Shown in pieces: positions 39,412 to 48,469 of a stretch of 64,000 nucleotides of DNA (within the stretch, counting starts at the first letter, position 1; each line of letters opens with the position of its first letter). A model generated the notes under the pieces. It was not told where the DNA came from and searched no databases. It saw nothing but the letters and a program-made list of their open reading frames with translations. Origin of the DNA: Clostridiales bacterium. Lineage in GTDB: Bacteria; Bacillota; Clostridia; Lachnospirales; Lachnospiraceae. Location: assembly GCA_023663185.1 (NCBI GenBank), contig JAMPHY010000001.1:133287-197286 (forward strand), given 5' to 3'. The position numbers and the translations under genes were made by a program.

Positions 39412-40611
39412 ATGAAGTATATAATAGTTTTAGGAGACGGCATGGCGGACGAACCAATAGAGAGTCTAAACGGTAAGACTCCTTTAGAGTATGCTAAGAC
39501 TCCGACGATGGATTTTCTTAGTAAAAAGTCGCAGATTGGCATGGTTCACACTATTCCTGAGGGAATGAAGCCGGGTTCAGATACCGCGAACTTGTCTGTG
39601 TTAGGATATAACCCTAAGGAGTATTATTCAGGGCGTTCTCCGCTGGAAGCGTTGAGCATAGGCGTGCCGATGAAGGATACGGATATTGCATTAAGGTGCA
39701 ATATTGTGACCATATCGGAAGATGATGTGCCTTTTGAAGAGCAAACCATAATAGACCACAGCTCCGGCGAGATAAGCACCGAGGACTGTGCCGTTTTGCT
39801 TAATGCCGTAAGGAAAGAACTGGAAACGGAAACTTACAAGTTTTATGTGGGAACCAGCTACAGACATTGTCTTATCTGGGATAAAGGAGAGGTATTAGAG
39901 CTGACTCAGCCGCATGACGTGCTGACTCAGGTAATCGGACCGCACCTTCCAGAAGATGAGACGTTGCGCAGTATGATGAAGAAAAGCTATGATATTCTGG
40001 TAAATCACCCGATTAATATAGAGCGTAAGAAACAGGGCAAGAATCCAGCCAACTGTTGTTGGTTCTGGGGCGCGGGAACGAAGCCGAAGCTTTCTTCTTT
40101 TGAAGAAAAGACAGGTAAAAAGGGCATGATGGTTTCCGCCGTTGATTTACTTAAGGGAATCGCCGTAGGCGCAGGCATGGGAGTAGCTAATGTGGAAGGT
40201 GCAAACGGCGGCTTGCATACCAATTATGAAGGAAAGACGCAGGCGGCACTGGACGCCCTGCTTAAAGACGGCTATGATTTTGCCTATATACATCTGGAAG
40301 CTCCTGACGAGATGGGACATCAGGGCAGCGTAGAACGTAAAGTTCAGGCAATTGAATATCTGGATTCCAGAGTGATAAAGCCTTTAACGGAAGCTTTAGA
40401 TAAAGAAGGAACAGACTATCGCCTGCTGGTACTGCCGGATCACCCTACGCCTATAAGGGTAAGGACGCATACCTCGGATAGCGTGCCTTATATGCTCTAT
40501 GATAGCACTAATGAGCTTAATGAGACATGGAATTATAATGAAAGAGAAGGCAGAGATAGCAAGAATTACGTCGCAAAAGGCTATGAACTGATTGAGCATT
40601 TGCTGAAATAA
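39412..40611 (+). CDS. ApgM-type cofactor-independent phosphoglycerate-mutase-like protein; probable non-canonical homoserine kinase
   Basis: IIVLGDGMADEP, HLEAPDEMGHQG, LPDHPTP metalloenzyme-superfamily motifs; sits between hom and ask. Confidence 0.75.
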   Translation: MKYIIVLGDGMADEPIESLNGKTPLEYAKTPTMDFLSKKSQIGMVHTIPEGMKPGSDTANLSVLGYNPKEYYSGRSPLEALSIGVPMKDTDIALRCNIVTISEDDVPFEEQTIIDHSSGEISTEDCAVLLNAVRKELETETYKFYVGTSYRHCLIWDKGEVLELTQPHDVLTQVIGPHLPEDETLRSMMKKSYDILVNHPINIERKKQGKNPANCCWFWGAGTKPKLSSFEEKTGKKGMMVSAVDLLKGIAVGAGMGVANVEGANGGLHTNYEGKTQAALDALLKDGYDFAYIHLEAPDEMGHQGSVERKVQAIEYLDSRVIKPLTEALDKEGTDYRLLVLPDHPTPIRVRTHTSDSVPYMLYDSTNELNETWNYNEREGRDSKNYVAKGYELIEHLLK

Positions 40612-40655
40612 TAGAAAAGCAAGTAATAAAGATGGAAAAGAGGAACATATCAACA

Positions 40656-41975
40656 ATGAAAAAGGTAGTAAAATTTGGCGGAAGCTCTCTCGCCAGTGCA
40701 GACCAGTTTAAAAAGGCAGCAGACATAATCCGTGCGGATAAGGAGCGCAGATTCGTAGTTCCGTCCGCTCCCGGCAAAAGATTTGCGGACGATACAAAAG
40801 TAACGGATATGCTTTATGAATGTTATGAATTGGCGGATAAAGGGAAGGATTTTGACAAGCTGCTTAAAGCAATCAAAGAAAGATATCAGGAGATTATCGA
40901 CGGACTTAAGCTTAAATTGTCTTTGGACGATGAATTTAAGACCATCGAGAAGAATTTTAAGGATAAATCGGGCAAAGACTATGCGGCTTCCCGCGGCGAA
41001 TATCTGAATGGTATTATTATGGCAAAGTATCTGGATTTTACGTTTGTTGACGCCGCCGAGGTTATTCTTTTTAAAGAAAACGGCGAATACGACGCCGATA
41101 AGACCAACGAGCTTATGAGAGAAAAGCTTAAAACTCTGGACTGTGCGGTAATTCCCGGATTTTACGGAGCAAAAGCGGACGGAAGCGTTAAGACTTTTTC
41201 CCGCGGCGGCTCAGATATTACGGGCTCTATCGTAGCAAGGGCGGTCAAGGCGGATATTTATGAGAACTGGACGGACGTATCGGGCGTTCTGATTGCCGAT
41301 CCCAGAATTATATATAAGCCGGAAAATATTGAAGTCGTTACTTATAAGGAGCTGCGCGAGCTTGCATATATGGGCTTTAATGTACTGCATGAAGATGCGA
41401 TTTTCCCTGTTAGAAGCGAGGGGATTCCGATTAATATCAGAAATACCAATGCGCCGGAGGACGAAGGCACTTGGATAGTTGAAAGCACCTGCCAGAAGCC
41501 TAAATATGTTATTACAGGAATTGCCGGAAAGAAGGGTTTCTGCGCTGTAAATATTGATAAAGACCATATGAACTCTGAAATAGGCTTTGGACGCAAAGTG
41601 CTTCAGGCTTTTGAAGAAAACGGAATTTCCTTCGAGCATGTGCCATCAGGGATAGATACAATGACGGTTTTTGTACATCAAGATGAGTTTATGCACAAAG
41701 AGCAGAAGGTAGTTTCAGGAATACATAGGCTTGCCGATCCGGATTCGATTGATATTGAGGCGGACTTGGCGCTTGTTGCAGTCGTAGGGCGCGGCATGAA
41801 ATCCATGCGCGGAACTGCGGGCAGGATTTTTTCAGCGCTTGCACATGCCAATGTCAATGTCAAGATGATAGATCAGGGTTCAAGCGAGCTAAATATTATT
41901 ATCGGAGTGGCAAATGCCGACTTCGAGACGGCAATCAAAGCAATTTATGATATTTTTGTGCTTTATCAACTATAA
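40656..41975 (+). CDS. aspartate kinase
   Basis: VVKFGGSSL, SRGGSDITG, C-terminal tandem ACT domains; ATG 40656 preferred (GAGGAA RBS). Confidence 0.9.
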   Translation: MKKVVKFGGSSLASADQFKKAADIIRADKERRFVVPSAPGKRFADDTKVTDMLYECYELADKGKDFDKLLKAIKERYQEIIDGLKLKLSLDDEFKTIEKNFKDKSGKDYAASRGEYLNGIIMAKYLDFTFVDAAEVILFKENGEYDADKTNELMREKLKTLDCAVIPGFYGAKADGSVKTFSRGGSDITGSIVARAVKADIYENWTDVSGVLIADPRIIYKPENIEVVTYKELRELAYMGFNVLHEDAIFPVRSEGIPINIRNTNAPEDEGTWIVESTCQKPKYVITGIAGKKGFCAVNIDKDHMNSEIGFGRKVLQAFEENGISFEHVPSGIDTMTVFVHQDEFMHKEQKVVSGIHRLADPDSIDIEADLALVAVVGRGMKSMRGTAGRIFSALAHANVNVKMIDQGSSELNIIIGVANADFETAIKAIYDIFVLYQL

Positions 41976-42007
41976 ACTTGCTTATTTTTGTTCATTGTGG
42001 TATAATT

Positions 42008-42049
42008 AGCACATTATGTGGTATGGATCGCATAATGTGCTTATTTTTT
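42008..42049 (+). terminator. rho-independent terminator after ask
   Basis: AGCACATTATG / CATAATGTGCT perfect 11-bp stem followed by a T-run. Confidence 0.65.
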
Positions 42050-42111
42050 ACTGTTCTTATACACACTGCTACACCGTCACACCGTTACACTAAAATACTC
42101 AGGAGGTTAAT

Positions 42112-44067
42112 ATGGCAAGAACTACAGAAAATTCATTAGTATATACTAATGAAAAATGTATCGGCTGCAACAAATGTATATCAGTCTGTCCTGTACTCAC
42201 CGTTAATTATGCCGTAGAGGAAAACGGAAAAAACAGAATTGCAGTAGATGGGAAACAATGTATAGCATGCGGCGCGTGTTTTGATGCGTGCGAACATGGG
42301 GCAAGAAATTATAATGATGATACAGAACGCTTTTTTGCGGACTTAAAGAAGGGGGAAAAGATTTCCCTGCTCCTTGCGCCCGCGTTTCTGGCAAATTATC
42401 CCCAAGAATATGCCTCAGTGTTAGGAGGATTAAAGAAACTTGGAGTCAATCGTATTATAAGTATCAGCTTCGGCGCGGATATTACGACATGGGCTTATAT
42501 TAAATATATTACAGAACATAATTTTACAGGCGGAATCTCACAGCCTTGTCCGGCTATTGTGGGCTATATCGAGAAATATGTCCCTGAACTGATTCCCAGC
42601 CTTGTGCCTATTCATTCACCGATGATGTGCGGCGCCATATATGCTAAGAAATATATGAAGATACCGGATAAATTAGCGTTTATCAGTCCTTGTATCGCCA
42701 AGAAGAATGAAATCGACGACGCTAACTGTGGCGGATATGTATCTTACAATGTTACCTTCGACCATTTGATGAAATATGTCAGGGCAAATAATATTTCCGG
42801 CACGCCGATATCCGATGAGATTGAATACGGACTCGGTTCCATCTATCCCATGCCGGGCGGACTTAAAGAGAATGTATACTGGTTCTGCGGAGAAGATGTT
42901 TTTATCCGTCAGATAGAAGGCGAAAGACATGCCTATGAATTTATAGAAGACTATAAAGAAAGGGTTCTGGGCGGAAAAAACCTTCCGTTCATGGTTGACG
43001 CGCTTAACTGTGCGAAGGGCTGCTTATACGGTACGGCGGTAGAGCCGGAAAAAGCGCAGGGCGACGATACCCTTTATGAAATGCAGAAGATTAAGGCGGC
43101 AAGCAAACGCAACAGCAAAAAAAGCGCATGGGGAGTAAATATGACTCCTAAGCAGAGGCTTGCCGCTTTCAATAAGCAGTTTAGCAATCTGGATATAAAT
43201 GATTTTATCAGGCACTATACCGATAAATCCGCAGGGGTGAAGGTACAATATCCGAGTACATCGGAGCTTAATGCCATCTTTAACGATATGGATAAGCGCG
43301 ATGAGAGCGAACGTAAAATCAACTGTTCAGCATGCGGCTACAGAACATGTAAGGATATGGCGGCTGCGATACATAATAGCTGTAATACCAAAGAAAACTG
43401 CGTACATTACATGAAAGACGTAATCGGTAAAGAGAAGGAGCTTGCAGAAAACTTGTCCGCTGAAATGCAGCAGAAGAACGCTGAGATTGAAGAACGGGAT
43501 ATTCAGATATCCATGCTTTTAAAAGAGGTTGGAAGCGACTTTGAAAATCTGGATATCTCCATTAATGAGATGACGTCCGGAAATAATAATAACGCGCGGG
43601 AAAGCACGGGAATTTCTGCTGACATGAGCAACGTTGTGGAATTTTGCGACGCACTTAAGTCAGAACTGCAGCAAATTCAGGGGCTATTGGTAAAACTGGA
43701 AGAAAACAATCTGGAAATTACCGATGTGGCGGAAGAAACTAACCTGTTAGCGTTAAACGCAAGTATTGAGGCTGCAAGAGCAGGAGATTCAGGAAGGGGC
43801 TTTGCCATCATTGCCGAGAATATTAAGAAGCTTTCAGATTCGTCTAAGGAAACGGCAAACGACAGTGACAGAAATAAAGAAGAGATTCAAAATTCGATTA
43901 ACGGACTGCTTAATAATGCCGAAAAGCTTATTTCCGTGATTGACAGCGTAAATTTACGTGTAACGAATCTTGCTTCGTCCACGGAGGAAATCGCAGCGTC
44001 GGCGGATATGGTAAGCACTATTTCGGGTAGTTTAAGGGATAAGATGATTAAACTGCAAAGAGGTTAA
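42112..44067 (+). CDS. soluble chemoreceptor: 2x[4Fe-4S] ferredoxin + [FeFe]-hydrogenase-like domain + Cys-rich Fe-S motif + MCP signalling domain
   Basis: [12 protein letters not shown] and [14 protein letters not shown]; H-domain-like [25 protein letters not shown]; [13 protein letters not shown]; MCP hairpin [34 protein letters not shown]; no TM helix. Confidence 0.8.
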   Translation: MARTTENSLVYTNEKCIGCNKCISVCPVLTVNYAVEENGKNRIAVDGKQCIACGACFDACEHGARNYNDDTERFFADLKKGEKISLLLAPAFLANYPQEYASVLGGLKKLGVNRIISISFGADITTWAYIKYITEHNFTGGISQPCPAIVGYIEKYVPELIPSLVPIHSPMMCGAIYAKKYMKIPDKLAFISPCIAKKNEIDDANCGGYVSYNVTFDHLMKYVRANNISGTPISDEIEYGLGSIYPMPGGLKENVYWFCGEDVFIRQIEGERHAYEFIEDYKERVLGGKNLPFMVDALNCAKGCLYGTAVEPEKAQGDDTLYEMQKIKAASKRNSKKSAWGVNMTPKQRLAAFNKQFSNLDINDFIRHYTDKSAGVKVQYPSTSELNAIFNDMDKRDESERKINCSACGYRTCKDMAAAIHNSCNTKENCVHYMKDVIGKEKELAENLSAEMQQKNAEIEERDIQISMLLKEVGSDFENLDISINEMTSGNNNNARESTGISADMSNVVEFCDALKSELQQIQGLLVKLEENNLEITDVAEETNLLALNASIEAARAGDSGRGFAIIAENIKKLSDSSKETANDSDRNKEEIQNSINGLLNNAEKLISVIDSVNLRVTNLASSTEEIAASADMVSTISGSLRDKMIKLQRG

Positions 44068-44243
44068 AAAGATAAGCTGGCTAAACAGCAAAGAGGCTAG
44101 TGTGCATAAAGATTAATATGTAATAAACAAGGGCTGTCGCTTTACAGTTTTTATTCGTATGGCGGCAGTCGATTTTTATGTAATTTTTTGATAATTGCCT
44201 ATACTATCGCCTACTATTAACTGTGAAAAGTAAAGTAATGTCT

Positions 44244-44339
44244 AAAAAATGGAATAAAATGGTAAAAATTGTAAAATTATGAAAAAATTTAAGAAAATTT
44301 GAAAAAATGTGTTGACAAATAAGAATCATATGCTATAAT
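44244..44339 (+). promoter_or_regulatory. near-consensus promoter preceded by phased A-tracts
   Basis: TTGACA (44312-17), 16-bp spacer, TGcTATAAT (44331-39). Upstream there are six or seven A4-6 tracts at roughly 10-bp spacing (44244-44308). Confidence 0.6.
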
Positions 44340-44345
44340 AAAATT

Positions 44346-44542
44346 ACCAACCAACCTCAATAGTAAGGTACTAAAGAACAAGGTACTTAAGATAAACAGA
44401 ATGAATGCTCTAGATTGAATATTCAAACTAATTCATTCAAATGAGGAACATAGAAATACGAACGACGAAGATGGAGGTATGGACCAATGGATAGTATAGT
44501 TTAGAGGCGGATATTAATCGCAAGATTGATATCCGCTTTCTC
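44346..44542 (+). ncRNA. candidate ~200-nt small RNA or leader transcript (unclassified)
   Basis: Bounded by the promoter above and the hairpin GCGGATATTAATC-GCAA-GATTGATATCCGC (44507-44536) plus TTTCTC. Internal palindrome TTGAATATTCAA and GAATGAAT/ATTCATTC pairing. No ORF with an RBS. Confidence 0.3.
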
Positions 44543-44751
44543 ATGCGTTTAAAAGAAGATATGGGAAGCATATTGTCATTAGTAAACTGCCGCGCGTTAA
44601 GTTAAAAAACATGAGCGACAGTTAATTTTTGCCCTAAAATATATAACTATGCGTCAGTTGTTGATTTCCTTTACGTTTGATATGATTGTACCAGCAGAGG
44701 CCGATGCAATAAAAATTATCATTTTAGAAAGTTGATAGGAGGACGTTTAGT

Positions 44752-45789
44752 ATGTCAATAGGAAAGGTTATTAGGAAATATAGGAAAATCAGAAACATGA
44801 CGCAGGAGGAGATGGCGCTGCGTCTGGGTGTGACGGCTCCGGCGGTTAATAAATGGGAGAACGAAAATTCCCTGCCGGATATCACGCTCTTAGCGCCGAT
44901 TGCAAGGCTGCTTGAGATTTCGCTGGATACGCTTTTGTCATTTCAGGAAGAGTTGACAATGGACGAGGTAACTGAGATTGTCCACGAAGTAGACGCAATG
45001 GCTAAAGAGAAACCGTATGCTGAGGTTTTTGCATGGACGAAGAAAAAGCTGGAGCAGTATCCTAATTGCGAAGTGCTTACGCTCAATCTTGCCACATTTT
45101 TGGACGCACAGCGGATAGTGCAGGAGATTCCGGTTGCAGCGGACTACGATGAGTATTTATGTTCTTTATATAGCCGCGTCTTAAATAGTAATGACGAGGC
45201 TTTGCGCATAAGGGCTGCCGACGCGCTGATTGGCTTTTTCATGAGGAAAGAGCAGTATGATAAGGCGGAAAAATATTTGGAATATTTATCCATACAAAAT
45301 CCGGAAAGAAAAAGAAAGCAGGCGCAGATTTACAGCGAAACCGGACGGATTAAAGAGGCGTATAAGGCATACGAAGAACTGCTTTTTGCAGACTATGGCA
45401 GGGTGAGCATGGAGCTTCATGGAATGTATATGCTTGCGCTTAAGAGTGATGATACAGAAAGGGCGCGCATGCTGCTTGATAAGCAGGAGGAGCTGGCAAA
45501 ATGCTTCGAGATGGGAGCATACCATGAGATTTCCTGCCGGCTTGAGAGCGTCGTTAAGGAAAAAGACGCAGACGCCGTAATTGAGATTATGGATAAAATG
45601 CTCTCCGCCGTGGAAGAGATTGACGCTTTTAGAAACTCTATGCTCTATGAACATATGGAATTTAAGGAAACGAGTGAAGAGTTTAAAAAAGGGCTAAAGG
45701 AGAAAATTCGGGAAGGTTTTGCCAATGAAGAAGAGTTCGGATTTTTAAAGAATGATAAAAGATGGCAGGAGATTATCATAAGGCATTGA
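44752..45789 (+). CDS. XRE-family HTH regulator with TPR-like helical C-terminal domain (RNPP-like architecture)
   Basis: IRKYRKIRNMTQEEMALRLGVTAPAVNKWEN HTH followed by about 280 aa of helical repeats; strong AGGAGG RBS. Confidence 0.7.
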   Translation: MSIGKVIRKYRKIRNMTQEEMALRLGVTAPAVNKWENENSLPDITLLAPIARLLEISLDTLLSFQEELTMDEVTEIVHEVDAMAKEKPYAEVFAWTKKKLEQYPNCEVLTLNLATFLDAQRIVQEIPVAADYDEYLCSLYSRVLNSNDEALRIRAADALIGFFMRKEQYDKAEKYLEYLSIQNPERKRKQAQIYSETGRIKEAYKAYEELLFADYGRVSMELHGMYMLALKSDDTERARMLLDKQEELAKCFEMGAYHEISCRLESVVKEKDADAVIEIMDKMLSAVEEIDAFRNSMLYEHMEFKETSEEFKKGLKEKIREGFANEEEFGFLKNDKRWQEIIIRH

Positions 45790-45862
45790 CACGCGCTGCA
45801 TAATCGTATACAATAATACGAAAATGCAAAGTCAGGAAAAAACAAGGGAGAAAAACACGAAA

Positions 45863-47299
45863 ATGGAAAATGCAGTGGAAAAAAATGCCGAATATTTTGA
45901 AAACCGTCCGGTCACAATGAATGAGAAAAATAATCTTCTGGAAATCGAAGAGCATATGTATCAGCTTCAAGATGTTAAAAAGCCGAATGCGTTTAGGAAC
46001 ATGTTCCCATATGATGAGATACCTAAGATACCCTTCAACGATAGGGTGGTTCCGCATAATATGCCTAAGGAAATCTGGATTACGGACACTACTTTCCGTG
46101 ACGGGCAGCAGTCAAGAGCGCCGTACAGCACGGAACAGATTGTAACAATCTATGATTATCTGCATAAACTCGGCGGTCCTAACGGAATGATACGCCAGAG
46201 CGAGTTTTTCTTATACAGTAAGAAGGACAGGGACGCGGTATATAAATGTATGGAGCGCGGCTATAAGTTTCCGGAAGTCACGTCATGGATTCGGGCAAGC
46301 AAGGAAGATTTTAAGCTTGTAAAAGAAATAGGCTTGAAGCAGACTGGTATTCTCGTAAGCTGCTCAGATTACCACATTTTCTTAAAGCTGAAAATGACAA
46401 GGCGGCAGGCGATGGAGCATTATCTTTCCGTGGTAAAGGAATGCCTTGACGAAGGAATCATCGTGCGCTGCCATCTGGAAGATATTACAAGAGCGGATAT
46501 ATACGGCTATGTCGTGCCGTTCTGCCAAGAGCTTATGAAGCTGTCGGAGCAGTATAAACTGCCGATTATAGTACGCGCCTGCGATACGATGGGATATGGG
46601 GTGAACTTTCCCGGCGCGGTTATTCCTAGAAGCGTGCAGGGAATTATCTACGCGATTCATACACACGCCGGAGTGCCGCATGAGTGGATTGAATGGCATG
46701 GACATAACGACTTCTACAAAGCGGTCACGAACTCCACGACGGCGTGGCTTTACGGCTGTGCGGGCGTCAATACCTCGCTTTTTGGTATCGGAGAACGTAC
46801 CGGCAATACGCCGCTTGAGGCGATGGTCTTTGAGTACGCGCAGTTAAGGGGAACTTTAAATGGCATGGATACAACTGTCATTACGGAGCTTGCGGAATAT
46901 TATGAAAAGGAAATCGGATATCAGATTCCGCCGCGCACGCCGTTTGTCGGTAAGAATTTTAATATCACAAGGGCGGGCATTCATGCGGACGGTCTTTTGA
47001 AAAACGAGGAAATCTACAATATCTTTGATACCGAGAAATTCCTGCACAGACCTGTGCTGTGTGCGGTTTCCAATACTTCCGGACTGGCGGGCATCGCTCA
47101 TTGGATTAATACATATTTCAAGCTTGCCGATGCAGATAAGATTGAGAAGTCCTCCGAACTGGTTGCCTATGTGAAGACATGGGTGGACGCAGAGTATGAA
47201 GGCGGACGCGTCACAGTGCTTACGGACGACGAGCTGCTAAAAGTAATTGATGATGGCTGTAAGACGCTTGGTATTACTCTCCCAAAGAACAACAAATAA
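45863..47299 (+). CDS. HMGL-like (LeuA/NifV/CimA superfamily) synthase, probable Re-citrate synthase
   Basis: ITDTTFRDGQQS, HGHNDFY, ERTGNTPLE motifs; N-terminal extension and lack of a LeuA regulatory domain; start ambiguous (45824 or 45863). Confidence 0.5.
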   Translation: MENAVEKNAEYFENRPVTMNEKNNLLEIEEHMYQLQDVKKPNAFRNMFPYDEIPKIPFNDRVVPHNMPKEIWITDTTFRDGQQSRAPYSTEQIVTIYDYLHKLGGPNGMIRQSEFFLYSKKDRDAVYKCMERGYKFPEVTSWIRASKEDFKLVKEIGLKQTGILVSCSDYHIFLKLKMTRRQAMEHYLSVVKECLDEGIIVRCHLEDITRADIYGYVVPFCQELMKLSEQYKLPIIVRACDTMGYGVNFPGAVIPRSVQGIIYAIHTHAGVPHEWIEWHGHNDFYKAVTNSTTAWLYGCAGVNTSLFGIGERTGNTPLEAMVFEYAQLRGTLNGMDTTVITELAEYYEKEIGYQIPPRTPFVGKNFNITRAGIHADGLLKNEEIYNIFDTEKFLHRPVLCAVSNTSGLAGIAHWINTYFKLADADKIEKSSELVAYVKTWVDAEYEGGRVTVLTDDELLKVIDDGCKTLGITLPKNNK

Positions 47300-47310
47300 G
47301 TATATAAAAG

Positions 47311-47340
47311 GGACGGCATGTGTGGAAATATATGCCGTCC
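47311..47340. terminator. bidirectional terminator between convergent genes
   Basis: GGACGGCAT / ATGCCGTCC perfect 9-bp stem, A-run upstream and T-run downstream. Confidence 0.7.
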
Positions 47341-47342
47341 TT

Positions 47343-47996
47343 TCAAGCTTTCTTCATAATAAAATCATAAACCTCTTTTACATGTGCGCCTATGAAAACA
47401 TTCCGGTGCAATCCAAACTCTTCCCTTGTCGTCGTCCCTGTTAATACGCCGGCAAAATTTACCTGTGCATTTTCTGCGGTTTTGGCGTCTACAAGGCTGT
47501 CTCCGACATAAAGAATATCTTCTTTACTTAACTTAAGTCTGTCAATGACCTGAAGCAGCCCGTCGGGAGCAGGTTTTTCTATTTTAACATCTTCCGCACC
47601 AATAATTATGTCAACCAAATCAAATACGTTAAACTTATTTAATATTTGTTCAATCCTATAACGAAGCTTGGTGGTAACAATCCCGATTTTAAATCCTTCT
47701 GCCTTTAAATTGGAAAGAACTTCTTTTACGTCATCATACAACTGAGTATTTTCTACCATCACAATGTCGGCTTTTTCAATAAAATATTTGGCAAATTGTT
47801 CTGCTTCGTCCATATTATCGGTTTTAGTCAATGTCCAAAAGGTATCTTTTAATGACAAGCCGATGGTTTTCCTTATCGCTTCCGTATCTTTTGCGCTGTA
47901 CTTAAGTTTCTCTAAAGCGTAATTGACGCTTAAAACAATGCCGTTTGTTGAATCGCCTAACGTATAGTCAAAATCAAAAATAATGGCTTTTATCAT
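47343..47996 (-). CDS. HAD-superfamily hydrolase (phosphoglycolate-phosphatase-like)
   Basis: IIFDFDYTLGDS (DxD), VTTK, YVGDSLVDAKTA. Confidence 0.8.
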   Translation of the reverse strand: MIKAIIFDFDYTLGDSTNGIVLSVNYALEKLKYSAKDTEAIRKTIGLSLKDTFWTLTKTDNMDEAEQFAKYFIEKADIVMVENTQLYDDVKEVLSNLKAEGFKIGIVTTKLRYRIEQILNKFNVFDLVDIIIGAEDVKIEKPAPDGLLQVIDRLKLSKEDILYVGDSLVDAKTAENAQVNFAGVLTGTTTREEFGLHRNVFIGAHVKEVYDFIMKKA

Positions 47997-48406
47997 TTTT
48001 TATCTTCTTTCCGCTTCTGTATGCTCCTTATGATACTGCTGATAACCCATATTAAAGATAAGGCTATAAATACAATTCCAAACGTAGTGTTAAAACGCAT
48101 AATAATGAGCCCTATTATAACGAAAAGCACACAAACTATAATAAATACAGGAATTGTCTTTTTGGGATCATTTGTCGTATAATGAACGCCGGTCTGCGTG
48201 CCCTTTACATATAGATTATTCCTTATTTCGTTATTGACGCCGCGGTCTGGCATGATATCATAAGCCGCATTTTTATGCCAGTTTTCCTTATCGTCGATTT
48301 TATACTTTTGAGTAACGGAATGCACTTTTCCGTCATTCCAATCGACATTATTGGGGTTTTCGTTTGTATTCTGCATATCTTTTTTATCTCTGTCATTATA
48401 TTCCAA
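47993..48406 (-). CDS. hypothetical membrane protein
   Basis: Two C-terminal TM helices; 4-bp overlap with the HAD gene start. Confidence 0.5.
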   Translation of the reverse strand: MEYNDRDKKDMQNTNENPNNVDWNDGKVHSVTQKYKIDDKENWHKNAAYDIMPDRGVNNEIRNNLYVKGTQTGVHYTTNDPKKTIPVFIIVCVLFVIIGLIIMRFNTTFGIVFIALSLIWVISSIIRSIQKRKEDKK

Positions 48407-48469
48407 TTCAGTTTACCTCCAAAATTTAGTTTTCAGCTTGTATACAGTGCCTAATATACTGCCGTATAT

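Noticed and set aside
39045-39542. 165-aa minus-strand ORF
   Set aside because: It is antisense to the hom/ApgM-like junction and has no supporting signals.
41978-42006. Promoter-like TTGCTT-17-TGgTATAAT right after ask
   Set aside because: It would start transcription directly into the strong ask terminator hairpin (42008-42049). I treated it as AT-rich coincidence, although an attenuated leader for the chemoreceptor gene cannot be excluded.
44341-44751. Known riboswitch, T-box or 6S RNA in the long gap upstream of the XRE-TPR regulator
   Set aside because: I could not find a T-box sequence, specifier architecture, conserved riboswitch core or 6S-like end pairing. It is kept only as an unclassified sRNA/leader candidate.
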